A DNA stretch of 64,000 nucleotides from Erysipelotrichaceae bacterium (GCA_050950925.1 JBMNIN010000001.1:87638-151637), one strand, 5' to 3'; shown: positions 20,513-31,695, counted from the first letter of the stretch. Notes: a model not told the origin generated them from the letters alone. Numbers and translations: made by a program.

Positions 20513-20950
20513 CTATTCAAAGGCAATCAGTTTTACATCCTTTACCTGTTTTAAAACACTTAATTCTTTAATCAGTCTACTCATACTGATATCTATTTCT
20601 GTAATATCAATTGATATTATTACATTCGCCAGTTCATTTACCGGCAATGACTGAGATATTGTAAGTATGCTTATTTTATTGTTTTTAAGAACATCCAGCA
20701 CACCTGACAAACTTCCCGCATGATGAATTAAATCTACACTTAAAATTGCTTTTTTTGTGACTTTGGTTTCTTCAGGTAAAAAAACATAGTCTTTATATTT
20801 GTAATAGGTGCTTCTTGAAATGCCCGCCACTTTAACAGCTTCACTGATATTCGGATATTTCTTTTCTTTTATCGCCTGATTAACTTCTATTACTTTAAGA
20901 AAATAATCGGGCAACACTTTTTTATGGATAATCAGATAGTCTTTGGACAT
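20513..20950 (-). CDS. UPF0735 ACT-domain protein (PheB-like)
   Basis: 145 aa with an N-terminal HTH-like region and a C-terminal ACT fold. Last gene of the thrC-thrB operon. Confidence 0.6.
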   Translation of the reverse strand: MSKDYLIIHKKVLPDYFLKVIEVNQAIKEKKYPNISEAVKVAGISRSTYYKYKDYVFLPEETKVTKKAILSVDLIHHAGSLSGVLDVLKNNKISILTISQSLPVNELANVIISIDITEIDISMSRLIKELSVLKQVKDVKLIAFE

Positions 20951-21820
20951 TTATAACTCCTCCACTTCAACTGCTTTGTTATGGATTTTACAATCCAGTA
21001 ATTTCCAGTTGTTTTCAGTCTTAGAAATCTGTATTTTTTCAGAAAACCTTTCATCATCTGATATGACTAAACAGGTCGGACCTGATCCACTGATCATAAA
21101 TGTGTAGGCACCTTTATTCAGACATTCTTTTTTCAATAATTCAAAATCCGGTATCAGCGCTTTTCTATAGGGTTCGTGTATCCTGTCATTGTTTGATAAT
21201 TTAAGTGTTTTATCATCACCATCATTTAATGACAGACAAAGACTGATAATATTAGACAGATTAGAAATCGCATCTTCTTTTGAATATGCAGCCGGCAAAA
21301 CTGCTCTGGCCTGTACAGTTGAAATTTCAAAATCCGGAATTAACAGAGTAAATTTGTATTTCTCATGAACAGCTATTTTTTTCATATAAAAAATGTCAGC
21401 ACGCCTGAAACTGGAAGTGAGTCCGCCAAATAATGCCGGAGCAACATTATCCGGATGTCCTTCTACAGCTGTACATATTTGAAAGATTTCTTCTACTGTT
21501 AGTTTATTACCGTTTAAATAGTTTGCAGCTGTTGCTCCGGCAACTATTAAAGATGCACTGGACCCTAAACCTCTGGCTATTGGAATATTACTTTCAATTT
21601 TTAAATTTATATTTTTAAAAGAATTCAATTCTTCATTTACTTTATCAAAGGCTCTCATAAACAGATTGTTTCTATTCTGATATTCTTTATCCACACCCTC
21701 TATAAATAATGAAGCACTTTCTTCTATGTAGAAAGTATTATAAATATTTAACGCGATACCCAGAGTATCAAAACCAACCCCGAGGTTTGCGCTGGTTGCC
21801 GGTACTTTGATCTTAATCAT
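20951..21820 (-). CDS. thrB: Homoserine kinase
   Basis: PATSANLGVGFD and the GHMP motif GLGSSAS. 289 aa. Confidence 0.9.
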   Translation of the reverse strand: MIKIKVPATSANLGVGFDTLGIALNIYNTFYIEESASLFIEGVDKEYQNRNNLFMRAFDKVNEELNSFKNINLKIESNIPIARGLGSSASLIVAGATAANYLNGNKLTVEEIFQICTAVEGHPDNVAPALFGGLTSSFRRADIFYMKKIAVHEKYKFTLLIPDFEISTVQARAVLPAAYSKEDAISNLSNIISLCLSLNDGDDKTLKLSNNDRIHEPYRKALIPDFELLKKECLNKGAYTFMISGSGPTCLVISDDERFSEKIQISKTENNWKLLDCKIHNKAVEVEEL

Positions 21821-23288
21821 TTAACTTTTTAATCCTTTCAATTACATAATCTCTTCCTTCATCAATATTTATTGTCCGGTTATGCAGAATCTCTAATCTG
21901 TCAAGATTTTTTAAATCAGCCGGAATTTCTTCTTTAGACATTTTGGCCAGCCTTTTCATCGCAGCCGCTTCACTTTCAGCAGCTTTTTCAACAATAGAAC
22001 CATATACACTGTCTGCAAACTTAAAAGGAGAGGCTGTCGCAAGGATAATATTTTTACAGTTATCTCTGTATATATCAGCTGCATGATAAGCGATGGCAGT
22101 ATGGGGGTCTATTAGTCTGTTATTTTCATAAAACGCTTTGGATATTGCCTTTTGGCATTCACTTTCCTTTACATCTATGCCCACAAAAGACTGCTGAAGT
22201 TTATTTAATATTTCTTTATCGGTTTCATATCTTCCTTTTACATATAAATCATCCATATACTGCTTTATTTTTTCATCATCATAATCACTTAATATAAATA
22301 ACAGTCTCTCTAAATTACTTGATACCAGTATATCCATAGAAGGAGACATCGTAGTGTAAAATTTCCTGTTTATATCATAAATACCCGTATTGATAAAATC
22401 GACCAATACATTATTTTTATTGGAAGCACATACCAGCTTATTTATCGGACAGCCAATCAATTTTGCGATATATCCCGCCAGAATATTTCCAAAGTTTCCT
22501 GTCGGGACAATGAAATTTACTTTATCATGCAGTTTAATAACTTCGTTTTTAACCAGGTCACTATAGGCTTTAAAATAGTAGACAACCTGCGGTATCAGTC
22601 GGCCGATGTTAATTGAATTGGCACTTGATAATTGAACATTTTTATAGTTTTCCTGAATTTCTTTATCTTCATAGATTGTTTTAACAAGCCTCTGACAGTC
22701 ATCAAAATTGCCGGCAACAGAAACAACATCAACATTGTTTCCTTTAGTCGTAATCATTTGTCTTTTTTGAATTTCACTTACTCCATCTTTTGGATAAAAG
22801 ACGGTAATATAGGTGTTTGTTACATCTTTAAAGGCTTCCAATGCCGCTTTACCTGTATCTCCACTGGTTGCTGTCAGGATGTATATTTTCTTATTATCAG
22901 CAGAAGTTTGATAAGCCGTGGCTAACAGATGCGGAAGAATTGTCAAAGCAACATCTTTAAAGGCCGAAGTCGGTCCATGATAAAGCTCCAGCAAAAAATC
23001 CTTTCCTATTTCAGTTGCCAGAACAATATCATCCGTTTTAAAAGAATCAGTGTAGGCATCAGATACAACTGTTTTTATTTCTTCTTCAGTAAAATCATCA
23101 AAGATATCTGAAAGTATGTATGTCGCCAGTTTTTGATAATTTAAAGATAAACATTTTTTTAAATCTATTTTAATATCATTCAGTCCAATTGGTGTATACA
23201 GACCTCCATCCTTTGCAAGTCCCTGAATAATGGCTTCTTTAGAGTAAACAGCATTTTCTTTTTTTCTTGTACTTACAAATAAACGCAT
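21813..23288 (-). CDS. thrC: Threonine synthase (long form)
   Basis: PLP-lysine motif TSAFKD. 491 aa. Overlaps the thrB start. Confidence 0.9.
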   Translation of the reverse strand: MRLFVSTRKKENAVYSKEAIIQGLAKDGGLYTPIGLNDIKIDLKKCLSLNYQKLATYILSDIFDDFTEEEIKTVVSDAYTDSFKTDDIVLATEIGKDFLLELYHGPTSAFKDVALTILPHLLATAYQTSADNKKIYILTATSGDTGKAALEAFKDVTNTYITVFYPKDGVSEIQKRQMITTKGNNVDVVSVAGNFDDCQRLVKTIYEDKEIQENYKNVQLSSANSINIGRLIPQVVYYFKAYSDLVKNEVIKLHDKVNFIVPTGNFGNILAGYIAKLIGCPINKLVCASNKNNVLVDFINTGIYDINRKFYTTMSPSMDILVSSNLERLLFILSDYDDEKIKQYMDDLYVKGRYETDKEILNKLQQSFVGIDVKESECQKAISKAFYENNRLIDPHTAIAYHAADIYRDNCKNIILATASPFKFADSVYGSIVEKAAESEAAAMKRLAKMSKEEIPADLKNLDRLEILHNRTINIDEGRDYVIERIKKLND

Positions 23289-23374
23289 AATATTCTCCTT
23301 GATTACATCTTGAAAGAATGATACTATGTTTCTAACACAAAAACAAGTGTTTTTCCAGGAAGGACAATTATATT

Positions 23375-24520
23375 ATGAAAATAGCATTATTAGGACACGG
23401 TAACGTTGGTAGAGGTGTCTGCAGTATTATAGATAAAGGTAATACAGATTTCACAAAACAGCTGAAGATTAAAAAAATTCTTGTCAGAGATAAAAGTGAA
23501 GCTACAGATGAAAGAATGGTTTTTAATATTGACGATGCTTTAGATGATGATATTGATGTGGTAGTCGAATGTTTGGGCGGACTGGATTTTCCTTTTCTCT
23601 GTATCTCTAAGGCCTTAAATATGAAAAAACATGTGGTTACCAGCAATAAAAAGGTTATGGCAACTTACTATGAAGAACTGGTCAGTTTAGCAGAAAAAAA
23701 TAATGTAAATATTGTTTTTGAAGGCAGCGTCGGTGGTGGAATTCCAGTAATGTCCAATATCAGACATACAAAAAGGGTCGATGAAATTTATGATTTTATT
23801 GGGATATTTAATGGAACTACCAATTATATCCTGGATAAAATGTTTAAAGAAAACCGATGTTTCAGGGATGTACTGGCTGAAGCTCAAAAACTTGGATATG
23901 CGGAAAGTGATCCGGGCGATGACATAGATGGTTGCGATGTGAAGTACAAATGCTGTTTAACCGGTAATATGATTTGGGATACCTCTTTGACCCTGGATGA
24001 TATTATAACCTTCGGTATCAGGACGATTAATCAGAGAGACATCGATTTTGGCAGAAAACACCAATCAACACTTAAACTGATTGGCCGAGGCCTAAAAAAG
24101 AATGGACATGTACAGGTTTTTGTTTTACCAGAGTATATTACCGACAATGATACTTTGGCTCATGTGCCGACTAATTTAAATTGCATTGTATTTAAAAGTA
24201 CTAATTTAGGTGCTGCATCATATATCGGTCAGGGTGCCGGTACATTTCCAACAGCTCATGCAGTTGTTCAGGATATTGTTTCATTATTAGACAATGAAAA
24301 TTTAAAAATCAGCATTGATAATAAAATTGCTATTGATAATAAAGAATATATTGGCAGATTTTATGTCAGAACTGAAAACCTGAAGTATTTTAAGGATAAG
24401 ATTTATAAGAGGCTTGATTCAGATGTAATTATTACTGAATCTCTGAATTTATTCGAATTAAAAGATTTAATTAAAAAAACAGCGGATGAGAATATGTTTG
24501 TAGCAGGAGTTTCGTTATGA
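23375..24520 (+). CDS. hom: Homoserine dehydrogenase
   Basis: N-terminal LLGHGNVGRGV Rossmann motif, GGGIP, and context with the aspartate-pathway genes. Confidence 0.8.
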   Translation: MKIALLGHGNVGRGVCSIIDKGNTDFTKQLKIKKILVRDKSEATDERMVFNIDDALDDDIDVVVECLGGLDFPFLCISKALNMKKHVVTSNKKVMATYYEELVSLAEKNNVNIVFEGSVGGGIPVMSNIRHTKRVDEIYDFIGIFNGTTNYILDKMFKENRCFRDVLAEAQKLGYAESDPGDDIDGCDVKYKCCLTGNMIWDTSLTLDDIITFGIRTINQRDIDFGRKHQSTLKLIGRGLKKNGHVQVFVLPEYITDNDTLAHVPTNLNCIVFKSTNLGAASYIGQGAGTFPTAHAVVQDIVSLLDNENLKISIDNKIAIDNKEYIGRFYVRTENLKYFKDKIYKRLDSDVIITESLNLFELKDLIKKTADENMFVAGVSL

Positions 24521-25854
24521 TAAAAGTAGTTAAGTTTGGTGGAAGTTCAGTCGCCAGTGCGACTCAGTTTAGAAAAGTTAAAAAAATTATTGACAGTGAT
24601 AAAGACAGAATCTTTATCACGACAAGTGCCTGTGGCAAATCTGACCATGAAGACCATAAGGTGACAGACCTGCTTTATTTGTGTCATGCCCATATAAAGT
24701 ACGGTGTCCCTTATGATGATTTATTCAATATGGTCTATAACAAGTATATGGACATTAAAAAGCAACTCAACCTGGAAATTGATTTAGAAAAAGAATTTAA
24801 AATAATAAGAGATTTAATGAATAAGGATATCAGTATTGATTATCTGGTTTCCAGAGGGGAGTATTTAACCGCAAAGTGTCTGGCTGAATTTTTAAACGGA
24901 CAGTTTATTGATGCCAGTGAGGTTATTGCGTTTGACTATAACGGGACAATAAATTTTGAAAAAAGCGGAGAGAATTTAAGGAACAAAATAGAAAACGGAA
25001 AAAGAATTATAATTCCCGGATTCTATGGAGCTTTGCCCAATGGGGCAATAAAAGTTATGCCCAGAGGCGGCAGTGATATTAGCGGCTCTATATTGGCCAA
25101 CATTGTAAATGCGGATGTTTATGAAAATTGGACCGATGTTTCCGGGTTACTGATAGCTGATCCCGGAATTGTAAATAATCCTGAAACCATCAATTATATT
25201 ACCTATAGCGAACTTAGAGAGCTCAGTTATATGGGAGCCAACGTACTGCATGATGGGGCAATATTTCCGGTAAGTGAAAAAAATATTCCTATTAACATTA
25301 GAAACACCAATATACCGGAGCATCCCGGCACCATGATTTTAAGTGACTGCAGCAAACAGGATGCTTTGGAACCTCCTCGTTTTATTACCGGAATTTCCGG
25401 CAAGAAAAATTTTTCTGTCATAACTATCAATAAGCCGCAGATTTCCAGTGAAGTCGGCAGTTTAAGAAAGACACTGCAGGTATTTGAAGATTTTAATGTT
25501 TCTATTGAAAGTGTTCCATCAGGCGTTGATTCATTCAGTGTGGTTGTTGAAACTGAAGCAGTTGAAAAAGTGATTTATGAAATTATTGCCAAATTAAAAA
25601 GAGATTTAGACTGCAATAACATCACTGTTCTTGATAAGATTGCTTTGATAGCCGTTGTCGGAAGAAGCATGAAAAACAAACCCGGAATGTCAGGATTGCT
25701 TTTTGGTGAACTTGGCGCTCACAATATCAATATCAGAATCATTAATCAGGCCGCTGATGAGATCGATATTATTATCGGTGTTGATAATAAAGACTTTGAA
25801 AAAACAGTCAGATGTATATACGATAAATTTATTACAAGGAGTGACTCATTATGA
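24517..25854 (+). CDS. Aspartate kinase
   Basis: VVKFGGSSV N-terminus, the amino-acid kinase fold and two C-terminal ACT-like segments. 4-nt overlap with hom. Confidence 0.85.
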   Translation: MIKVVKFGGSSVASATQFRKVKKIIDSDKDRIFITTSACGKSDHEDHKVTDLLYLCHAHIKYGVPYDDLFNMVYNKYMDIKKQLNLEIDLEKEFKIIRDLMNKDISIDYLVSRGEYLTAKCLAEFLNGQFIDASEVIAFDYNGTINFEKSGENLRNKIENGKRIIIPGFYGALPNGAIKVMPRGGSDISGSILANIVNADVYENWTDVSGLLIADPGIVNNPETINYITYSELRELSYMGANVLHDGAIFPVSEKNIPINIRNTNIPEHPGTMILSDCSKQDALEPPRFITGISGKKNFSVITINKPQISSEVGSLRKTLQVFEDFNVSIESVPSGVDSFSVVVETEAVEKVIYEIIAKLKRDLDCNNITVLDKIALIAVVGRSMKNKPGMSGLLFGELGAHNINIRIINQAADEIDIIIGVDNKDFEKTVRCIYDKFITRSDSL

Positions 25855-26834
25855 GAATTGGTATTTTAGGAGCAACCGGTGCCGTCGGTCAGCAGATGAT
25901 GCAGTGTTTAGTTGAACAGGACATTAAAGTTGATGAACTGAGGCTTCTGGCCAGCTACAAAAGCGTTGGAAAAGAATTACAGTTTAAAGGTAAAACTTTA
26001 AAAGTTATCGAAGCCAAAGAAGACAGTTTTGATGGATTAGATGTGGTATTAGGTGCTGCCGGCCGAAAATCCTCAGAATATTTTGCCCCGTTTATAAAAA
26101 AAGCAAAAGCTGTCTTTATTGACAACAGCAGTGCTTTCAGAATGGATGAAGAAGTTCCTTTAATTATTCCTGAAATAAATGGTGAGGATGTCAAAAAGCA
26201 TAACGGGATTATCGCAAGTCCGAATTGCAGTACAATTATTGCCTTTATGGCCCTATATGGCATTAACAAAAAATCTAAGCTTACAAAGATGATTGTCAGC
26301 ACATATCAAGCTGTTTCCGGAGCAGGAATAAAGGGAATTGCTGAACTGGAAAACCAGATTGAAGCAATATCCAGTGGGGGAAAAATAGAAAATCATGTTT
26401 TCGCTCATCAGATTGCCTATAACTGTATTCCGGCAATCGGGACCTTTTTAGCAGATGGCTATACCGATGAAGAAATGAAAATGCAAAATGAAGGAAGAAA
26501 AATAATGCACTTGCCCCATTTAGATGTCACCTGCACCTGTGTCCGGGTTCCAATAATTAAAAGTCACAGCATTTCCATCAGCTTTGCGACTGAAAAACCA
26601 TTAACAATAGAAGAAGTCAGAAAAGCCATTTCAGACAGCAAGGGAATCAGACTGATGGATGATGGCGCAAATAATGTGTATCCTATGCCGGTAAATACCA
26701 CTGACAATGATATTATTGAAGTTGGCAGAATCAGAGAGGATAAAGTAATAGGCGGTTTTTCGCTGTTCTGTTGCGGAAATCAGATTAGAAAAGGGGCTGC
26801 AAGCAATACTGTAGCTATAATTAAGTGTTTATAA
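25851..26834 (+). CDS. asd: Aspartate-semialdehyde dehydrogenase
   Basis: ILGATGAVGQ and the active-site motif SPNCSTI. 327 aa. Confidence 0.9.
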   Translation: MRIGILGATGAVGQQMMQCLVEQDIKVDELRLLASYKSVGKELQFKGKTLKVIEAKEDSFDGLDVVLGAAGRKSSEYFAPFIKKAKAVFIDNSSAFRMDEEVPLIIPEINGEDVKKHNGIIASPNCSTIIAFMALYGINKKSKLTKMIVSTYQAVSGAGIKGIAELENQIEAISSGGKIENHVFAHQIAYNCIPAIGTFLADGYTDEEMKMQNEGRKIMHLPHLDVTCTCVRVPIIKSHSISISFATEKPLTIEEVRKAISDSKGIRLMDDGANNVYPMPVNTTDNDIIEVGRIREDKVIGGFSLFCCGNQIRKGAASNTVAIIKCL

Positions 26835-26984
26835 TCTATTATTCTGTTTTTTCTGTATTATCACACAATTTCACATTGCGATTTGATTATTTTTCGCATC
26901 ATTACTAGTATTATATCCTTGCAGGTAGAGAAATACCTGTCCAAATATCCTTTCTATTTCAGAAATATTTTATCCCCCATAAAA

Positions 26985-27013
26985 TAAAGCAGGAAAATCT
27001 GCTTTATTTTTTT
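26985..27013. terminator. Bidirectional intrinsic terminator between asd and the convergent gene
   Basis: TAAAGCAG-gaaaat-CTGCTTTA hairpin flanked by A-run and T-run. Confidence 0.7.
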
Positions 27014-27806
27014 ACATATTGAACAATCTGAAATATGGAATTATTGGTAGCTCCGTAACATAACTTTTCGCAAAAGCTCTCTGTTGTGCGACCTGACCAA
27101 AATGTCTTTCATCTAAAATGTTTTTATTTGACATATATCTGACATACAAAGCTTTCTTAATAATGAAAACTCTGGCAACTGTTTTATCGATATATGGCTT
27201 TCTGTCATCTGATTCTAAAGGTAAAATAGTTTTTACTGTTTCATCAAAAATACTCTGACAGATTTTTATACACTGCTCTTTCATTAAATCCACATCACTG
27301 ATATATTTACTGTCCAGATTTTTCTGAACCGCAAACATCGGAATATCTCCTGTCAGCATGGTTTTTAAAGTATCTACAATCTCCTCTTTATTTTCCTGGT
27401 TTAAATAAATGGCGACTAAATCATTTTTGTCCTTTTCAAAATAATTATCCGGTTCTGTCAGGCAAAAGAACATTCCTTTAGCTTCAATATAACTGCTCAG
27501 ATTGATTATCATCGCTCTTTGAACCTCGTTTTCTTTCCAGTAAATAATATATGGCACTTTAAGACAATGATCTGTAATTTTACTGGCATCTTTATAGCCG
27601 ATTTTTTTATTGGCGATTAAAGCTAAGTTGAACTTCAATCCAAAATTTGTATAAATATAAAGATTATCATTTTCTTCAAGCATCATTTCGAATAAATCTT
27701 TATTTTTATCTTCAGGATATATATTCAAATATTCTTTAACCGGACCGTTAAAACCGGCTAAAGAATCAAATTGTCCATAACTGTCTAACAAATCATAAAT
27801 AGCCAT
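27012..27806 (-). CDS. Hypothetical protein
   Basis: 264-aa ORF with RBS AAGGAGAG upstream. No family recognised. Confidence 0.5.
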   Translation of the reverse strand: MAIYDLLDSYGQFDSLAGFNGPVKEYLNIYPEDKNKDLFEMMLEENDNLYIYTNFGLKFNLALIANKKIGYKDASKITDHCLKVPYIIYWKENEVQRAMIINLSSYIEAKGMFFCLTEPDNYFEKDKNDLVAIYLNQENKEEIVDTLKTMLTGDIPMFAVQKNLDSKYISDVDLMKEQCIKICQSIFDETVKTILPLESDDRKPYIDKTVARVFIIKKALYVRYMSNKNILDERHFGQVAQQRAFAKSYVTELPIIPYFRLFNM

Positions 27807-27941
27807 TGTACACTCTCCTTGAATAAACTTATCTTAATATAATTATCAGAAACTGTAAATGATTGATATTTTAGTACAATAATTAACGAATTTTTTGTAT
27901 AATCATAATTGATAAAAGCTAAAAGGAAAGGATAAACATCT

Positions 27942-28631
27942 GTGGATTATTACAAGTTTTTTTCAAGTTATCAGATACAACTGACCGAAATCCAATTAAA
28001 GCAGCTGGATATATATGCTGATTTACTGATCAAGTGGAACAAAAAGTTTAACTTAACCGCCATCACTGATAAAAATGACATTTATGTCAAACACTTTTTA
28101 GACTGTCTACTGTTAGGAAAACTTTTTAATCCAACCGATAATCTTATTGACGTCGGCTCTGGAGCCGGTTTTCCAGGTCTGGTATTAAAAATTTATAATC
28201 CTGACCTGGAAGTATACCTGTTGGAACCAAACAATAAGAAAGTTTCTTTTCTCAATGAAGTCGTTTCAATCCTAAAACTTGAAAAAGTTTACATCTTTAA
28301 TCAGAGAGCTGAAGATTTCGCCAAAAATAATTTTGAAAAATTTACTTTTGTGACTGCCAGAGCCGTAGCAACATTGAATATTCTATCTGAACTCTGTTTA
28401 CCGCTGGTAAAAGTAGAAGGTCACTTTCTGTCGATGAAAGGTCCGAAGGGATATGAAGAATTGAAGCAGGCCAAACAGGCAATTGAAATACTCGGAGCAG
28501 AAATATATCAGATAAAAGAATTTGGACTGACTTTTGGAAATCAGCGTCTGATTATTGATCTTAAAAAAGTCGCTCATACACCAGATAAATACCCTAGAAA
28601 TTATGGACAAATAAAAAAAGAACCATTATAG
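27942..28631 (+). CDS. rsmG: 16S rRNA (guanine527-N7)-methyltransferase
   Basis: GTG start. SAM motif DVGSGAGFPGL. Conserved position upstream of noc/soj/spo0J. Confidence 0.85.
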   Translation: MDYYKFFSSYQIQLTEIQLKQLDIYADLLIKWNKKFNLTAITDKNDIYVKHFLDCLLLGKLFNPTDNLIDVGSGAGFPGLVLKIYNPDLEVYLLEPNNKKVSFLNEVVSILKLEKVYIFNQRAEDFAKNNFEKFTFVTARAVATLNILSELCLPLVKVEGHFLSMKGPKGYEELKQAKQAIEILGAEIYQIKEFGLTFGNQRLIIDLKKVAHTPDKYPRNYGQIKKEPL

Positions 28632-28642
28632 AAGGAGGAATT

Positions 28643-29407
28643 ATGACAAAATATCAACTTATTAACATTGACGAAATAAAACCAAATCAGTATCAGCCAA
28701 GAAGCGGTTTTGATTATGAAGCCATTGAGGAACTGGCTCAATCAATTAAAGAAAATGGATTAATTCAGCCAATTACTGTCAGAGAATCATATACAGGTTA
28801 TGAGCTGATTGTCGGAGAAAGAAGATATAGAGCCTGTAAAAGTCTGGGTCACAGTCAGATAAGTGCTATTGTCATTAAAGCCAGTGAGGTTCAGGCTGCT
28901 ACTTTAGCTCTGATTGAAAATGTTCAAAGAGAAGATTTATCTGCAATTGAAGAGGCCAACGGTTATCTGCAGATGATTCGATTGACAGGCTTAACCCAAC
29001 AGCAGCTGGCTGATAAAATCGGAAAAAAACAGACGACAATATCTAACAAAATCAGACTGCTGAATTTAAATCAGGAAGTTCAGCAGGCTATTAACAATAA
29101 GCAGATTACTGAAAGACATGGTCGGGCAATGTTGTCACTGGATGAAAAACAACAGAAGGAAGTTCTCAATTCTATTCTGACCGGAGAATTAAATGTCAAA
29201 GAAACAGAAAACCTTATTGAAGTCAATTATAGTGGAAAAAAGAAAAAGAAGAAAGGAACACTCAGATGCTTCGGTATTTCTTCTCAGTTAATTATCAACT
29301 CTATTAGAGATGCTTTTAAAAAAGCCAGAGAATATGACCATAATGTTCAAATGACTGAACAGGATGCTGGCGAATACTACATAATGACGATAACTGTTAA
29401 AAAATAG
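28643..29407 (+). CDS. noc: ParB-like nucleoid occlusion protein
   Basis: ParB N-domain (IQPITVRE..GYELIVGERRYRA) plus HTH. First of two ParB paralogues, directly after rsmG as in Bacilli. Confidence 0.7.
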   Translation: MTKYQLINIDEIKPNQYQPRSGFDYEAIEELAQSIKENGLIQPITVRESYTGYELIVGERRYRACKSLGHSQISAIVIKASEVQAATLALIENVQREDLSAIEEANGYLQMIRLTGLTQQQLADKIGKKQTTISNKIRLLNLNQEVQQAINNKQITERHGRAMLSLDEKQQKEVLNSILTGELNVKETENLIEVNYSGKKKKKKGTLRCFGISSQLIINSIRDAFKKAREYDHNVQMTEQDAGEYYIMTITVKK

Positions 29408-29444
29408 TTTCTTTATGGTAAAATAAAGGTTGAGGTATATAAGC

Positions 29445-30206
29445 ATGGGAAAAATTATTGCATTGGCCAACCAGAAAGGTGGCGTAGGAAAAACAACAAC
29501 AAGTATTAACCTCTCAGCCGGTCTGGCATATTTGGGTAAGAAAGTTTTATTAGTGGATTTGGATGCTCAAGCCAATTCAACTCAAGGTATTGGAGCCAGA
29601 AATGATATCAGATACAGCACTTATGACATGTTGCTCAATGACGTGGAAGCTGAAAAATGCATTCTGTCCCGTAAAATCCCGCCAATTGACCTGATTCCGG
29701 CTACTATTGATCTAGCGGGAAGTGATTTAGAAATGGCGAATTATGAAGAAAGAGAAAAACTTTTAAAAAATAAACTTGATCCGATAAAAAATAACTATGA
29801 CTTTATCATCGTCGATTGTCCGCCTTCACTGGGTTTATTAAACACCAATGCCCTAACTGCTGCCGATTCAGTGATTATCCCTGTACAATGTGAATATTAT
29901 GCCCTGGAAGGATTAACTCAACTTCTTTCTACCATCAGACTGGTTCAAAAACTTTACAATCCGCATTTATACATCGAAGGCGTCCTGTTGACTATGTTTG
30001 ATGGAAGAACTAATTTATCTATTGAAGTACAGCAGGATGTAAGGAAATATTTTAAAGAAAGAGTTTACCGTTCTTACATTCCCAGAAATGTTCGCTTATC
30101 AGAAGCTCCATCATATGGAAAAAGCATCTTTGAACATGATATTAAATCCGACGGTGCCAGAGCATATGCTGCTTTAGCCAAAGAAGTTATCACTAAAAAC
30201 CCATAA
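29445..30206 (+). CDS. soj: ParA-family chromosome partitioning ATPase
   Basis: Deviant Walker A ANQKGGVGKTTT. Start taken at MGKIIAL. Confidence 0.9.
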   Translation: MGKIIALANQKGGVGKTTTSINLSAGLAYLGKKVLLVDLDAQANSTQGIGARNDIRYSTYDMLLNDVEAEKCILSRKIPPIDLIPATIDLAGSDLEMANYEEREKLLKNKLDPIKNNYDFIIVDCPPSLGLLNTNALTAADSVIIPVQCEYYALEGLTQLLSTIRLVQKLYNPHLYIEGVLLTMFDGRTNLSIEVQQDVRKYFKERVYRSYIPRNVRLSEAPSYGKSIFEHDIKSDGARAYAALAKEVITKNP

Positions 30207-30217
30207 GGAGGAAAACA

Positions 30218-31093
30218 ATGGCAAAGAAAAGAGGAAGCAAAGAACGTTTAGGAACCGGGTTAGCCGCTATTTTTGGCGAGGACGTTATTTCAGTCATTGA
30301 CGAAATTCAAAGCAGTGCCAAAGCTGATGAATATGGACGCAGAGCAACTTTGAAATTATCTTCTATCCGTTCAAATCCGTATCAGCCAAGAAAAATCTTC
30401 GACCAGAAAAAAATGGAAGAACTGGCCCAGTCTATTAGAGAAAATGGTGTTTTTACTCCTGTTCTGGTAAGAGAAGCTGTAGGAGGTTATGAGCTGATTG
30501 CCGGAGAAAGAAGAGTTAAAGCTTCTGTTTTAGCCGGCAAAGAAGAAATACCAGCCATTATAATGGATTTTGATGATGGCCAGATGATGGAAATATCCCT
30601 GCTGGAAAATATTCAAAGAGAAGATCTCAATGCACTGGAAGAAGCAGGCGGATATCAGAAACTGATTGATAAACTGGGGTATACCCAGGAGCAACTGGCA
30701 AAAAGAATTGGTAAAAGTCGGGAACATATCTCCAATACACTGAGATTATTAAAACTTCCTGAAGACGTTCAAAAACTGGTTGAAGAAAATAAACTGTCAA
30801 TGGGACATGTAAAATGTCTGATTACTCTGGATGACAAAACTATCAGCGAAATCGCTCACAAGGCTGTCAGAGAACGTCTATCGGTCAGACAGGTCGAAGC
30901 TCTGGCATCGGCCAAAAAGAGTGTCAAAACTGCTAAAACAACGGTAGAAGACCCATATCTGGCTGATTTGCAGAACTCCCTACAAAGAAAATTCAGTTCA
31001 AAAGTCAAAATTACAAAAAACTCAATAAACATTTTCTATCAGGATACTGATGAATTAAACAGACTTTTAGAACTGCTGAATGTTATCGATTAA
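30218..31093 (+). CDS. spo0J: Chromosome partitioning protein ParB/Spo0J
   Basis: ParB box FTPVLVRE..GGYELIAGERRVKA, an HTH, and a C-terminal dimerisation region. Confidence 0.9.
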   Translation: MAKKRGSKERLGTGLAAIFGEDVISVIDEIQSSAKADEYGRRATLKLSSIRSNPYQPRKIFDQKKMEELAQSIRENGVFTPVLVREAVGGYELIAGERRVKASVLAGKEEIPAIIMDFDDGQMMEISLLENIQREDLNALEEAGGYQKLIDKLGYTQEQLAKRIGKSREHISNTLRLLKLPEDVQKLVEENKLSMGHVKCLITLDDKTISEIAHKAVRERLSVRQVEALASAKKSVKTAKTTVEDPYLADLQNSLQRKFSSKVKITKNSINIFYQDTDELNRLLELLNVID

Positions 31094-31131
31094 CCTTTCA
31101 ATCCTGAAGGGTTTTTTTGTATAGTAATATT

Positions 31132-31695
31132 ATGTGTGGCAGATATTATTTTGATGAAAGTATTGATATTTCAAAAATATTAGAGGTGTTAGAGAAAAAA
31201 TATGATCAGAACACTCTGGATTTATTGTCTACCGGTGAAATATTTCCTTCTAATATTTCCTTGGTGTTTGCCAACAATGATTATTATCTGATGAAATGGG
31301 GCTATTCACTGAATAAAAGAAACCTGATCAATACCAGAATCGAAACAATCAGAGATACAGATATTTATAAGGAAGATTACCTGAATCACAAATGTGTCAT
31401 TATTGCTTCAGGCTTTTATGAATGGGACAAACATAAAAAAAGACATTACATTACTACTGGTGATGACATTATCTATTTTGCCGGTATCTACCAGAAAGAT
31501 AATCCTGTATATAACTATTCAATCATCACCACTGAAGCAACCTCTACCAAAAGCATCCATAATCGTGTTCCAATTGTTTTAAATAAAGATGAAATTGATA
31601 ATTATCTGAATAACAGATATTCTATTAACCAGCTGATTGAACTGCAACCGGTTTTTAAAAGCTATACCGACTATGAAATTCTTTCTCTTTTCTAA
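31132..31695 (+). CDS. SOS-response-associated peptidase (SRAP/YedK family, abasic-site processing)
   Basis: The obligatory N-terminal MCGRY is present only if the start is the ATG at 31132. Conserved FYEW and HNRVPIVL motifs. Confidence 0.8.
   Translation: MCGRYYFDESIDISKILEVLEKKYDQNTLDLLSTGEIFPSNISLVFANNDYYLMKWGYSLNKRNLINTRIETIRDTDIYKEDYLNHKCVIIASGFYEWDKHKKRHYITTGDDIIYFAGIYQKDNPVYNYSIITTEATSTKSIHNRVPIVLNKDEIDNYLNNRYSINQLIELQPVFKSYTDYEILSLF

Noticed and set aside
28643-31093. Search for parS (TGTTNCACGTGAAACA-like) sites in the noc-soj-spo0J region
   Set aside because: I could not find a convincing 16-bp palindrome by eye. A computational scan allowing 1-2 mismatches would be needed, so nothing is reported.
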